NCBI GenBank assembly: GCA_044350705.1
Contig: JBILHA010000002.1
Coordinates: 114,295-178,294, forward strand
Source: Candidatus Kapaibacterium sp.
GTDB lineage: Bacteria > Patescibacteriota > Patescibacteriia > UBA9934
Direction: 5' to 3'
DNA length: 64,000 bases
In this document: positions 1-9,820 of the stretch, one piece after another
Position numbering within the stretch: the stretch's first letter is position 1
Layout: the number at the start of each line of letters is the position of its first letter
Notes under the pieces: generated by a model
The model's input: only the letters and a program-made list of their open reading frames with translations
Told to the model about the DNA's origin: nothing
Databases searched by the model: none
Translations under genes and position numbers: made by a program

Positions 1-1312
1 CTCCTGCGGTGCCGTCATTGTTTCCGTCTAATGCGTTTGCTGATACGTCGACGATTCCGTCATAGGGGAACGTATCCACTTGCGGTGGACTTGATCCGGG
101 CGTTGCCGCCGCCACATTGATGCTCATCATCTCAGCTCCGGGCAAACAATATATCGTTTCGCCGCAGGAATTCGTTCCACAAGCTTCGGTCGACGTAAAC
201 GTTACCGTGGTATATCCATTTGAAATTTCATACGTCCCTTCCAGAGGAATTCCATCAGCGCCTGCGGTTTGTATATTGTCATATCCTCCAGAAGAAGTAC
301 GAGTTCCTGACGCAGAGGTAGGATCAACCGCTTCATCAAAGGTCACCTGTACGGTGATGTTGCGTGCATAGGTACCTGACGCCGCAGGGACTACTGACTG
401 AATCGTTGGCGGCGTTGTATCAATCGTCGTTCCGGTTTCAAACGACCACTCGTATCCACTACTATTGGATCCGGTAAATACCGCGTCGCCCTCTGCGTCT
501 ACAATGTCCGGCGAAAGAAATACCGTGTACGAAACGGATTCCGTGGAAGATCCAAGGTACTCCGCGGGGTCAAATACGAATGTTTTGAGATCTTCAGAAA
601 ATGCGACCGACACGTTGGTAAGCGCAGCTTCAATTCCATCCGCCGTTCGATAAATACTCACATTCTCACCGAAGATTGTCGTTGCAGCCGTGTCATCGGA
701 GGTATCTTCTGGCGTGCCGTTCGTATCGTATCCCGAAATGAACGACTCGATGTCCATGGCATCTCTAAATGTCACCATAATCCGAGCATTCCGAGCGACA
801 TCGGTGGCATTACGAGTCGGATAGTGATCGCGCAAGGCTCCACTTCCCAGCGAACCTGACAAGCGTTCAACCGATATACTTCCGTTATTCCCGCTTCCTC
901 CTGTACCTAGACCAGTTCCTTGTGAAATCCAATTTACGATAAATGTCGTAATCGCATACGCCGAAAGGGTAATGACCAGCCCAACCGTGGCGTTGATAAG
1001 CATCTTTTTCGCCTTGTCTACCTGCTTATCATCACCCCCCGCAGTCATCCACAAAAATCCCGCGTAGAGGACAAGGAGTAAAAAGACGATTCCCAGCAAG
1101 CCAAGGAATACATTGATGAGCGTTCCGATGATGTCAAAAATACTCGATGAACTGAGTCCTGCGGCCGAAGCAACACTTGCTGCCGCGTCATTACTTTGCG
1201 CTTGCGCAAATACCGGCACAGTGAGCAAAGAAACTCCTAGCAAAAGGAGCGTGGAAAGAATTTGCGATATACGCACAAAACGTCGAGGTAAAGAGTGAGC
1301 GACGTACGTCAT
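1..1312 (-). CDS. Secreted surface protein, C-terminal part off-window. It has a signal peptide, a TrbC/VirB2-like two-helix pilin module and Ig-like beta repeats.
   Basis: Translating the minus strand by hand from the ATG at 1312 gives MTYVAHSLPRRFVRISQILSTLLLLGVSLLTVPVFAQAQS (signal peptide), followed by a hydrophobic hairpin ...GFLWMTAGGDDKQVDKAKKMLINATVGLVITLSAYAI... and then repeated ~90-aa Thr/Ser/Gly-rich units. A strong SD (AGGAGGTGA) sits 4 nt upstream. The frame stays open to position 1. It is absent from the ORF track because no stop lies in the window. Confidence 0.6.
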   Translation of the reverse strand, partial: MTYVAHSLPRRFVRISQILSTLLLLGVSLLTVPVFAQAQSNDAAASVASAAGLSSSSIFDIIGTLINVFLGLLGIVFLLLVLYAGFLWMTAGGDDKQVDKAKKMLINATVGLVITLSAYAITTFIVNWISQGTGLGTGGSGNNGSISVERLSGSLGSGALRDHYPTRNATDVARNARIMVTFRDAMDIESFISGYDTNGTPEDTSDDTAATTIFGENVSIYRTADGIEAALTNVSVAFSEDLKTFVFDPAEYLGSSTESVSYTVFLSPDIVDAEGDAVFTGSNSSGYEWSFETGTTIDTTPPTIQSVVPAASGTYARNITVQVTFDEAVDPTSASGTRTSSGGYDNIQTAGADGIPLEGTYEISNGYTTVTFTSTEACGTNSCGETIYCLPGAEMMSINVAAATPGSSPPQVDTFPYDGIVDVSANALDGNNDGTAG

Positions 1313-1363
1313 GTCACCTCCTATTTTACCCCATACGCACTGCTGTTTTCCTTTCTTTCTCCC

Positions 1364-2461
1364 TTAGACTGGGGACAACACGTTCCCTATTTCTTCTTTG
1401 AGTTTCTCAAGTCCTTCTTTTTTCACTGCTGATACGAACGCATGGGGTTCGAGTCGTGCTTTTACCTGGCCTTTCTGCTCTTTCGTTAAGAGATCAGTTT
1501 TATTCACAACGAGAAGTCGAGGGGTCTCTTCTGCCCCTAACGTTGCCAGCACCTCATCAACCACCGCAATTTTCCGTTCGTATTTTGGATCCGCTCCGTC
1601 AGCAACGTGCAAAATCACATCGGCATGAATCGCTTCAGAGAGCGTTGACGTAAAAGCTTTAATGAGCTCCGGTGGAAGACCTTCGATAAATCCGATCGTA
1701 TCCGAAATGAGCACTGAGGCATTCTTTTCAGGTAAAAAACATTCTCCTACCCGCGTATCCAACGTGGCAAAGAGCTTGTTTTCCCCCTTTTCTTTTCGTT
1801 TTGTCAGCGCCGCAAGAAGCGACGTCTTTCCCGCGTTCGTGTACCCCACCAGCGCCACGGTCTGCTGTCCACGACGCACTCGATGTTTTCGCTGCTCCGT
1901 ACGCAGGCTTTCATACTGTTTGAGTTTATCCAAAATCCGACGCTCTTGATCTCGCAAGTGGCGCTTCATCGCCTCGGTATTTCCCTCTCCACTCCCTCCT
2001 CGCGTTCCCGTGCCTCCGCGCTGACGTCCAAGCTGAGCTCCCAAGTTGAAAATTCTTGGTCCCATGTGACGAATGCGAGCGAGCTCAATTTCGAGCTTCG
2101 CTTCCGCAGAAGTCGCATGCTTTTCAAAAATGTGGAGAATGAGATCAATACGATCCCAAACTTTAACCCCTACTGGACGGAGTGCTTCCTCGAGATTAAA
2201 CAGCTGGCTCGGCTTTAATACCGCATTGATGATGAGCACGGTCGCCCCCCATGTTTTCGCGTGCGTGAGAATCTCTTCCACCTTTCCCTTTCCCAGGAAG
2301 GTTCGATAATCCGGGATTGCTCTTCGCTGAATTGTTTGTACAACCGCAATACCGCCGTACGTTTTCGTCAGCTCTTCAAGTTCACTCATTCTGTACACCG
2401 CTTCAGGCTTCGGAACAGAAAAGTGAATAACGTCAGCTAAAATGGCTCGATGTGTAAACAT
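1364..2461 (-). CDS. hflX: GTPase HflX
   Basis: 365 aa. G-domain motifs GYTNAGKTSLL, DTIGF and NKTD follow an HflX-type N-terminal domain. Confidence 0.85.
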   Translation of the reverse strand: MFTHRAILADVIHFSVPKPEAVYRMSELEELTKTYGGIAVVQTIQRRAIPDYRTFLGKGKVEEILTHAKTWGATVLIINAVLKPSQLFNLEEALRPVGVKVWDRIDLILHIFEKHATSAEAKLEIELARIRHMGPRIFNLGAQLGRQRGGTGTRGGSGEGNTEAMKRHLRDQERRILDKLKQYESLRTEQRKHRVRRGQQTVALVGYTNAGKTSLLAALTKRKEKGENKLFATLDTRVGECFLPEKNASVLISDTIGFIEGLPPELIKAFTSTLSEAIHADVILHVADGADPKYERKIAVVDEVLATLGAEETPRLLVVNKTDLLTKEQKGQVKARLEPHAFVSAVKKEGLEKLKEEIGNVLSPV

Positions 2462-2464
2462 TTT

Positions 2465-2929
2465 CTAGGAAAGGTGCTTATCTACAAACGCTTTAATACG
2501 CGAACCATCCGCGAGTCCCTTGAGTTCTTTTGAGAGTGTCCCCATCACTTTTCCTGCTGCCTCTTTTCCCTGCGCGCCCATTTCTACAATTTTTGCTTTT
2601 ACGCGTGCTTCGAGATCTTCGTCTGTCAGCTGCTCGGGAAGATATTTTTTGAGAACTTCCAACTCTTCTTTTGCTTTTTGCGCCAAATCTTCACGCGCAT
2701 TTTCCACAAAAGCATCCAGAGCATCTTTAATTTTCTTTGCATCAGCCTTAACGACCTCTATCACCTCCGCGTCAGAAAGTTCTTTATTCAACTCAATTGC
2801 CTTATTCTTTACTGACGAAATGGTCATTCTCAGCACCTCGAGCGTTTTCATGTCCCTTCCTTTCATTGCAGTTTTCATGTCTTCCTGCAGTTTCTCAAAA
2901 ATCGATGGCATATAGAGAAATGGTAACAC
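2465..2929 (-). CDS. GatB/YqeY domain protein
   Basis: 154-aa helical protein with a typical YqeY-like sequence (…EVLKKYLPEQLTDEDLEARV…). Tightly packed upstream of hflX. Confidence 0.7.
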   Translation of the reverse strand: MLPFLYMPSIFEKLQEDMKTAMKGRDMKTLEVLRMTISSVKNKAIELNKELSDAEVIEVVKADAKKIKDALDAFVENAREDLAQKAKEELEVLKKYLPEQLTDEDLEARVKAKIVEMGAQGKEAAGKVMGTLSKELKGLADGSRIKAFVDKHLS

Positions 2930-2949
2930 GCTCCCCCTCCTTTCTCAAA

Positions 2950-2985
2950 CATAAATCCCCCAACGGATTTCCATCGGGGGATTAT
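2950..2985 (-). terminator. Hairpin plus T-tract downstream of rpsU (minus strand)
   Basis: On the minus strand, ATCCCCC-(14 nt)-GGGGGAT is followed by TTTATGTTT. Confidence 0.4.
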
Positions 2986-2986
2986 G

Positions 2987-3238
2987 CTAACGCTTCTTTG
3001 CGCGAAGATCTTCTTCGGTCACTTTTCCAGTCTTGAGCATGAATGCGCGACGTGCGCCCTTCTCAAGTTTACGGAGTGCAGAATCTTGGATCTTGTTCTT
3101 CTTTGGGCTTTTTACCCAAAAACGATTCGCTTTTACATCCAGCTGCTTTCCGCTTTGCTGCATGCGTCGGGTAAAGCGGCGCAACAATGCGTCAAAGCTT
3201 TCTCCCTTTTTTCGTTTTGCTTCAATGTGGGTAGACAT
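2987..3238 (-). CDS. rpsU: 30S ribosomal protein S21
   Basis: 83-aa basic protein. Pattern ...FDALLRRFTRRMQQSGKQLDVKANRFWVKSPKKNK... is typical of S21. Confidence 0.7.
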   Translation of the reverse strand: MSTHIEAKRKKGESFDALLRRFTRRMQQSGKQLDVKANRFWVKSPKKNKIQDSALRKLEKGARRAFMLKTGKVTEEDLRAKKR

Positions 3239-3297
3239 GTGATTTCACCTACTTTTCAATGGGAAAGAGTATACCTGAGCAGTAAAAACACGTCAAG

Positions 3298-4659
3298 CTA
3301 CTTCTTATTTGCCCGTGCCTCCTGGAGACGCTTTGCAACAATAGCCACCACCTTTTCCACGTCTACAATTTCTTGGACACCGGAATCCATATCACGAATA
3401 ATGACCGTGCCATCTAGTACTTCTTTCTGTCCAAGGATGATTGAAAGTGGGGCCTTGAGTTTATCCGCAATCTCCAACTGTCCTTTTAGATTTCCTTTCG
3501 AGAAAGCTTCCGCCACTTCAATGCCCGCTTCACGGAACTTTTCATATACCCGCAGTCCTTTGCGACGTGCCGCTTCTCCGAGCTGACAGAAAAACACGTC
3601 AACCGAACGCTTCATGTCTGGCAACTTTCCTGCCGCCTTCACGGCATTAATCACTCGCTCTACTCCTACCGCTGCGCCTACCGCTCCCGTTTCTTCACGG
3701 CCACCGAGCATGGGAACGAGGCCATCATAGCGGCCTCCTCCTCCAAGCGCCGACTGTGCAGATTCATCATTTCCCGGATGCGCAAGCGAAATTTCAAATA
3801 CCGTTCGGCTGTAATAATCTAACCCACGAACAAGATACGGATCGAGGTTATATACCACTCCTGCATCATCAAGGTACTCCAACACGCGCATAAAGTGCTG
3901 CTTGGATTCTTCGTCGATATACTCAAGAAGCTGGGGTGCTTCTGCACGCACTTCATCCATGCCTGGCTCCTTAGAATCGAGGACACGAAGCGGATTCCGC
4001 AAAAGACGCTTTTGATCCACATCGCTCAGCTTTTTCTTTACTCCCTTCAGATACTTCGTAAGTTCTGCAATATACGCCTTGCGAGCCGCGAGCGTTCCCA
4101 GAGAGTTAATACGAATCGTCACTTCAAGACCCATGTCTTTACAGAAGCGTTCTGACATGAGGATGATTTGCGCGTCGACAATGGGATCGGTCGATCCGAT
4201 CGCCTCAAATCCCAATTGCCAAAATTGGCGATAGCGCCCCGCTTGAGGACGTTCATGACGGAACATGGGCTCAAAATACCAAAGCTTTACCGGCTGCGAT
4301 TGATTCACCATGCCATGCTCTACATATGCCCGAGCGACCGATGCGGTTCCTTCAGGACGCAACGTCATCTTTGTCCCCCCTTGATCGGTAAAGGTAAACA
4401 TTTCTTTCTCTACAATATCCGTGTCTTTTCCGATGCTCCGTTCAAAGAGTGAGGTTTGCTCCAGAATAGGAAGGCGGATGCGACCAAAGCCATACGCTCT
4501 GGCAAGAGATTGCGCCACCTGCTCTGCCTTATCCCAAACCGCCTGTTCTTCAGGAAGGACGTCACGGAAACCGCGAAGGGTCTCGGGGGATTTCGCTGAC
4601 TTCTTAGGAGTTTTTTCAACTTTTTCTTTGGCAACTTTTGGCATAGCATCAGAGGGCAT
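3298..4659 (-). CDS. hisS: Histidine--tRNA ligase
   Basis: Class II aaRS motifs (…MFRHERPQAGRYRQFWQ…, GGGRYDGL). 453 aa with a Lys-rich N-terminal extension. The true start may be an internal Met. Confidence 0.9.
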   Translation of the reverse strand: MPSDAMPKVAKEKVEKTPKKSAKSPETLRGFRDVLPEEQAVWDKAEQVAQSLARAYGFGRIRLPILEQTSLFERSIGKDTDIVEKEMFTFTDQGGTKMTLRPEGTASVARAYVEHGMVNQSQPVKLWYFEPMFRHERPQAGRYRQFWQLGFEAIGSTDPIVDAQIILMSERFCKDMGLEVTIRINSLGTLAARKAYIAELTKYLKGVKKKLSDVDQKRLLRNPLRVLDSKEPGMDEVRAEAPQLLEYIDEESKQHFMRVLEYLDDAGVVYNLDPYLVRGLDYYSRTVFEISLAHPGNDESAQSALGGGGRYDGLVPMLGGREETGAVGAAVGVERVINAVKAAGKLPDMKRSVDVFFCQLGEAARRKGLRVYEKFREAGIEVAEAFSKGNLKGQLEIADKLKAPLSIILGQKEVLDGTVIIRDMDSGVQEIVDVEKVVAIVAKRLQEARANKK

Positions 4660-4682
4660 GGGTGAAAAATAGTAGATGCATC

Positions 4683-5258
4683 TTACAGGTTGTAGGTAGG
4701 TATTTCAAGGATTCCCGCATGATCAAGAGGCAATCCGCGAATCCATACCTTTCCCGTGATATTTTCAAAGGGGATGGGACCGATCGCCCGAGAATCAAGA
4801 CTTGCATCACGGTTATCTCCCATCAGGAAATATTCGCCTTGTCCAAGCTGTACCCGCTGCTTTCCCTCGGTCTCCTCGCTGAGGTACGACTCGTCGAGCG
4901 TAATTCCATTGAGGTATTCATCGTTATAAATAATGATGTGTCCGTCACGGATTTCCACCGTTTCTCCCGGAAGTCCAATTACCCGCTTAATATAGTACTG
5001 GCTCTCGTTTCCTGGCGGGTGAAAAACGACCGTTTCTCCTCGAAGAGGATCACGGAATCGATAGGTGAGCTCGTCGATAATCAGGTACTCATTTTCGTAA
5101 TAGCTCGGCTCCATGGATGCGCCCTTTACAATGAAGGGCTGTACGAGAAAATAGCGCACGGGAAGAATGATCGCGATTGCAATGGCCGCGATTTGCAGCA
5201 TCTCGAGGAAAAATCTTCCCAGTGCTTGTAATTGTGATTGATTCGACGATTCTGTCAT
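4683..5258 (-). CDS. lepB: Signal peptidase I
   Basis: Catalytic boxes GASMEP, IKRVIGLPGE and GDNRDASLDSR. Start set at the internal MTESSNQ so as not to overlap pgk. Confidence 0.8.
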   Translation of the reverse strand: MTESSNQSQLQALGRFFLEMLQIAAIAIAIILPVRYFLVQPFIVKGASMEPSYYENEYLIIDELTYRFRDPLRGETVVFHPPGNESQYYIKRVIGLPGETVEIRDGHIIIYNDEYLNGITLDESYLSEETEGKQRVQLGQGEYFLMGDNRDASLDSRAIGPIPFENITGKVWIRGLPLDHAGILEIPTYNL

Positions 5259-5287
5259 AGATATGCGCAAGGATAGCAAGAGTCCAC

Positions 5288-6442
5288 CTAGGTTTCCAGC
5301 CACAAAGGCTCCAAGCCAGGCATACGATCGCCTGCGAGGAGCGCGAGCATCGCCCCTCCTCCTGTAGAAATGTTCCATGTCGGCGAGAGCAGCTTCTTTT
5401 TCTCAAGAAAAGTCACCGTCTCTCCTCCTCCCAGGAATACCTCTGCCTTTGTTTTTCTCAATGTCTTTGCAAGAAGCTCTGTTCCTTTTGTTCCTTCCTC
5501 TTCTTCAATGATGCCAAAAGGCCCATTCCAGAGAACGGTCTTTGCGTCTGCAAGAACGCGTGCATACCGTGCCTGGGTTTCAGGCCCGATATCCAACACC
5601 CGGTCCTCTTCAGGTCTTGCAACGACATCAGTTGGTAATAAAATTTTTCCCTCAAACCGATGCAACACACGACGGGCAGCCGTAAGGACCTCTTTCCTTC
5701 TAAAGGTTCCGCTTGCTCCTGGAACATCATCACCTTTTGCAAGCTGCACCGCAATCGCCACTCCTCCCCCGAGCAGAAGGGTATCCGCAAAGGCACCTAG
5801 TCGCTCAATAAGCGCGACCTTTGTTTCTATCTTCGCTCCTCCGATCATGCATACAAAAGGCGTCTTTACGGGCTTTGCGAAACGTGCAATCTCTTCCCGC
5901 ACTCCTTCTCCCGCATAACTCGGGAGATGCCTCGTGATTGCATGCACTGAAGCATGAGCACGATGTGAAACGCTAAAGGCATTATTGATAAAAAGCGTGA
6001 ATGGCGCTGCGATTGCCTTTGCAAACGCGTCATCATCTTTTTCTTCTGCGCGCCAAAAGCGAACGTTCTCCAAAAGAAAAATGCTCCCGGGCTTCGCTTT
6101 ACTTAACGCGCTCTTTACCTCATCTCCATACACCGCAGGAAGAAACGTTACTTTCTTTTTTAAACGGCCTTCAAGCAACGGAACTAAATGCTCCGTACTC
6201 AATGCGCTATCACTCTTTCCGTGCGGGTCGCCCCAGTGCGTCAGCAATGCCACAATCGCCTTTTGTTTTACTAGGCGTTGAATTTCGGGGATAGCCTGTG
6301 CAATTCTTCCTCGCTTTCCCCCGTCATCTAGCTCATCTGCACGCTCTTTCCAGGGAATATTAAAATCTACGCGCATGAGCACGGGGGTACCCGCCACAAT
6401 CTCCTCATTTCTCAGCGCGCGCAATTCACGCGTGGGAAGCAT
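5288..6442 (-). CDS. pgk: Phosphoglycerate kinase
   Basis: Pgk N-terminal signature (…VLMRVDFNIPW…) and full-length Pgk family similarity over ~385 aa. Start codon is ambiguous (M1, M4 or M5). Confidence 0.9.
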   Translation of the reverse strand: MLPTRELRALRNEEIVAGTPVLMRVDFNIPWKERADELDDGGKRGRIAQAIPEIQRLVKQKAIVALLTHWGDPHGKSDSALSTEHLVPLLEGRLKKKVTFLPAVYGDEVKSALSKAKPGSIFLLENVRFWRAEEKDDDAFAKAIAAPFTLFINNAFSVSHRAHASVHAITRHLPSYAGEGVREEIARFAKPVKTPFVCMIGGAKIETKVALIERLGAFADTLLLGGGVAIAVQLAKGDDVPGASGTFRRKEVLTAARRVLHRFEGKILLPTDVVARPEEDRVLDIGPETQARYARVLADAKTVLWNGPFGIIEEEEGTKGTELLAKTLRKTKAEVFLGGGETVTFLEKKKLLSPTWNISTGGGAMLALLAGDRMPGLEPLWLET

Positions 6443-7670
6443 CATTTTCTCCATAGGTTTCTACACCTCGATACCATAACATAACCGCATGATATATCGG
6501 GAATATTGAAAGGAAGTATTTCAAATCTACTAATCTTCTCAGAATAAACGCACCCTTTCCCGCCAGAGGAATACCCAGCACTCTTCCCACGCCATACGAT
6601 CCTCCGACCGCAAGCAATGTCTGCCATTTTTTTCGTGGAAATGTTTTTAACTCTTTATGGCTAAAAAGTGCCAAGATATTTTTCGCCACGTACGGAGCCT
6701 GTGCAGAAGCTGCCTGTGCGCTTTGAGGATCAGGCCGCTCTCCTTCGCGGGCAGCCATATCTCCCAGCGCGAAGATATTTTTCTTTCCCTGTACTTGAAA
6801 CGTCCCTTCAACACGCACTCTTCCTCGCTCATTTACCGGCAGCCCCCATTTTTCCCCTGGTTCTCTTCTACTTTTTACTCCCGCTGACCATACCAAGAGA
6901 TCAAAAGGAAGACTCAGGTTCTCTGCTCGGATTTCTCCTGGCAGGACTTCTCTCACGGTCGTCTGTGCAAAAAATTCTATTCCTAAATCCTTAAAACGCC
7001 CTAAGACACGTCGCCGAACGCTGGGATGAAACATGCTCACCGGCTCTTTCCCTGCATCACATAACACCAGTCGCACGCATAACGAATCTAATCCGCGCAC
7101 CTCGCAAAAAGATTTTCTTACCGCAGCCATTTCTGCAACAAGCTCCACGCCGTTTGCTCCCCCGCCGACCACAACTACCGTTGCCCGATCCATACGGCGC
7201 TCTTCCACATCGTGGAGCAATCTTCGAAAATGAAGAGCGATATGCTCTGCTTCCCGAGGAGTTTTTAGTGCGCTTGCATACGTTTCTACACCAGCGATAC
7301 CAAAATCATTCGTCAGCGATCCTCCTGCAACCACTATTACATTAGCTTTTATTACCGCTCCTCCTGCACAAATTACTGAAGATCCATCGGGAGCAATATC
7401 CTCTACGCGAGCGCGGACAAAACGGATTCCTCTAAATCCCGGAAAATGAAAGAACGGTATGCTCGCCCGCTGGCGCGCTCGCCTCACCGAAGCTTCGCTT
7501 CGTACCGGGCTCAGAGCCGTTGCTACCTCATAGAGCCAGGGCGTGTATACATGCTCTTCTCGCTCGTCGATCACCACAATCTCAACATCCTTGCGCGACG
7601 TTCTCCGCGCAAGCTGACGAGCGACACTCACTCCTCCAAATCCTCCCCCTACAATAACCACGCGCTTCAT
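6426..7670 (-). CDS. FAD-dependent pyridine nucleotide-disulfide oxidoreductase, type II NADH dehydrogenase-like
   Basis: N-terminal Rossmann motif VVIVGGGFGGVS and a second dinucleotide-binding motif VVVVGGGANGVE. 414 aa. Confidence 0.7.
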   Translation of the reverse strand: MKRVVIVGGGFGGVSVARQLARRTSRKDVEIVVIDEREEHVYTPWLYEVATALSPVRSEASVRRARQRASIPFFHFPGFRGIRFVRARVEDIAPDGSSVICAGGAVIKANVIVVAGGSLTNDFGIAGVETYASALKTPREAEHIALHFRRLLHDVEERRMDRATVVVVGGGANGVELVAEMAAVRKSFCEVRGLDSLCVRLVLCDAGKEPVSMFHPSVRRRVLGRFKDLGIEFFAQTTVREVLPGEIRAENLSLPFDLLVWSAGVKSRREPGEKWGLPVNERGRVRVEGTFQVQGKKNIFALGDMAAREGERPDPQSAQAASAQAPYVAKNILALFSHKELKTFPRKKWQTLLAVGGSYGVGRVLGIPLAGKGAFILRRLVDLKYFLSIFPIYHAVMLWYRGVETYGENDASHA

Positions 7671-7674
7671 ACTC

Positions 7675-8160
7675 TTATCGTACGACGCTCTTTCGCCTTA
7701 TCTTTTCCTTCCCAATTTGCAAACGATCCATAATATCATCAATTCCAAAAACACAACCCCATCGAGAAATGAACGCGATGCCCAATAACAGGATACTTAC
7801 CATCCACCATGCACCCATGATTTCCCTGACGAGCAGATGATCAATTGCGAGTACTCCCAAAAAGAATATGAGGAGAACCGATGCTGCGGTTCGCGTAAAC
7901 ATTCCTAATGCGAGAAGCGCTCCTGCGACAATGATGATCCCATACCAAAACGCCATGTTCCATACGGTTGCAAATGCTTCCAAAAAAGGTACTGCCTGCA
8001 CTTTTAAGCGCCCTAATACTTCCGGCATCGCGGCATGCAAGGACAGAAAATCTTTTACGAGCGCCCATGCAAATGCAACACGCACTCCCGCTAGTAGTAC
8101 TCCTGTTTGCGGAAGAAAATGGGGGTTAAAAAAACGCTCTGCTGCAGAAGACGTCTTCAT
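7675..8160 (-). CDS. DoxX family membrane protein
   Basis: Four predicted TM helices on a DoxX-like hydropathy pattern. Start set at the internal MKTSSAAE to abut gap. Confidence 0.55.
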   Translation of the reverse strand: MKTSSAAERFFNPHFLPQTGVLLAGVRVAFAWALVKDFLSLHAAMPEVLGRLKVQAVPFLEAFATVWNMAFWYGIIIVAGALLALGMFTRTAASVLLIFFLGVLAIDHLLVREIMGAWWMVSILLLGIAFISRWGCVFGIDDIMDRLQIGKEKIRRKSVVR

Positions 8161-9158
8161 ACGACCGCCATGCGGGCAAGTTCCACGAGACGATTCGCAT
8201 ATCCCCACTCATTGTCATACCAAGCAACGACTTTGACGAGGGTTCCTTCTACGACATTGGTGAGCTCACTATCGACAATGCAAGAATGCGGATTTCCTCG
8301 GTAATCTGAAGAAACGAGGGGCTCATCGGATACGGCTAAAATACCTTTGAATCGCGCTGTTGCTGCCGCACGTGCTAATGCGAGATTTATTTCTTCCTTT
8401 GTCGTGGGGCGCTTGAGTACATACACCATATCCGAAAGCGATACCGTGGAAAGCGGCACTCGAATTGAGAGTCCATCAAATTTTCCTTTGAGTGCAGGGA
8501 TGGTTTTTGCTACTGCTTTGGCGGCTCCTGTTGTTGTAGGAACCATATTTTCCGCAGCTGCTCGTCCTTCACGCCAATCTTTTTTTGGCGCATCGACGAG
8601 CGCTTGGGAAGCGGTATATCCATGCACGGTCGTGAGCAATGCGCGCTCAATGCCAAACGCTTCTTCCATCACCGCAGTCACGGGCGCTGCGCAGTTCGTT
8701 GTACACGAAGCATTACTCAAAATAAGATGTTCATCATCTTTTACTCCCTCGCAGTTCACTCCACGAACGTAGGTAGGGATATCCCCCTCTTTTGCGGGAG
8801 CAGAAAGAAGTACTTTTTTTGCACCTGCCTTGATGTGCGCCATCGCGAGATCCTCTGTAAGAAAAAGACCCGTGCATTCAAGCACGATATCTACATTTAA
8901 TGTTTCCCAGGGAAGCTTTGCGGGATCTTTTTCTGCAAACAGCCGAATCTCATGGCTTCCCACGATAATCTTCCCCTCTTCCGCGGCAACGGAAACGCCC
9001 CATGTGCCGTAATTCGTGTCATGTTTTAACAAATACGCAAGGTTATCTGCTGGAGCCAAATCATTTATTGCTACAATTTCTATATCTTCAAAACCCCATG
9101 CAACTTTACAAGCACTTCTTCCAATACGCCCAAACCCATTGATAGCAACGCGAATCAT
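8157..9158 (-). CDS. gap: Glyceraldehyde-3-phosphate dehydrogenase
   Basis: MIRVAINGFGRIGR N-terminus and the catalytic SNASCTTNC motif. Confidence 0.9.
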   Translation of the reverse strand: MIRVAINGFGRIGRSACKVAWGFEDIEIVAINDLAPADNLAYLLKHDTNYGTWGVSVAAEEGKIIVGSHEIRLFAEKDPAKLPWETLNVDIVLECTGLFLTEDLAMAHIKAGAKKVLLSAPAKEGDIPTYVRGVNCEGVKDDEHLILSNASCTTNCAAPVTAVMEEAFGIERALLTTVHGYTASQALVDAPKKDWREGRAAAENMVPTTTGAAKAVAKTIPALKGKFDGLSIRVPLSTVSLSDMVYVLKRPTTKEEINLALARAAATARFKGILAVSDEPLVSSDYRGNPHSCIVDSELTNVVEGTLVKVVAWYDNEWGYANRLVELARMAVV

Positions 9159-9217
9159 ATGCAGGTATTGTAGCAAAAAGAAAAAAACATCCGTTCTTCA
9201 ACGGATGTTTTTTATCA

Positions 9218-9808
9218 TTATGCGCCGAGTGCCATGCGAACAAAGCGACCGATACGGAGGTTTTCTCCAATCTTGAGCACTTTGCCTTCAAGCACCTGAG
9301 CAACGGTAAGCTCATCATCTTTTACGAACTTCTGATCGAGCAACACGATTTCCTCGTAGAACTTATTCATTTTTCCTTCCAAAATCTTTTCCACAACTTC
9401 CGCAGGCTTTCCTTCTGCAGCAAGCTGCTCACGGTGAATTGCCTTCTCGCGTTCAACAACCTCTGCGGGAACCTCTTCACGGGTCGTGTACTGAGGAGCT
9501 GCTGCCGCAATGTGCATTGCAAGATCCTGACAGAACGCGATGAAGTCCTCATTACGTGCGACGAAGTCCGTCTCGCACATGATTTCTACCATGACCGCGA
9601 GTTTTCCGTTGCCATGCATGTAGGTTTGTACGCGGCCTTCTGCGGTTGCGCGCTCCGCTTTCTTTGCTGCTTTTGCTGCTCCACTCTTACGCAAGAGGTC
9701 TACTGCAGCTTCCATGTTGCCATTTGCTTCGGTGAGCGCTTTCTTTGCGTCCATCATTCCTGCACCAGTCATCTCACGAAGCTTTGCGATATCTGCGACG
9801 GTAAACAT
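9218..9808 (-). CDS. tsf: Elongation factor Ts
   Basis: N-terminal UBA-like LREMTGAGMMDAKKAL plus the dimerization core. Conserved rpsB-tsf order. Confidence 0.85.
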   Translation of the reverse strand: MFTVADIAKLREMTGAGMMDAKKALTEANGNMEAAVDLLRKSGAAKAAKKAERATAEGRVQTYMHGNGKLAVMVEIMCETDFVARNEDFIAFCQDLAMHIAAAAPQYTTREEVPAEVVEREKAIHREQLAAEGKPAEVVEKILEGKMNKFYEEIVLLDQKFVKDDELTVAQVLEGKVLKIGENLRIGRFVRMALGA

Positions 9809-9820
9809 AGAAGGAGAGGG

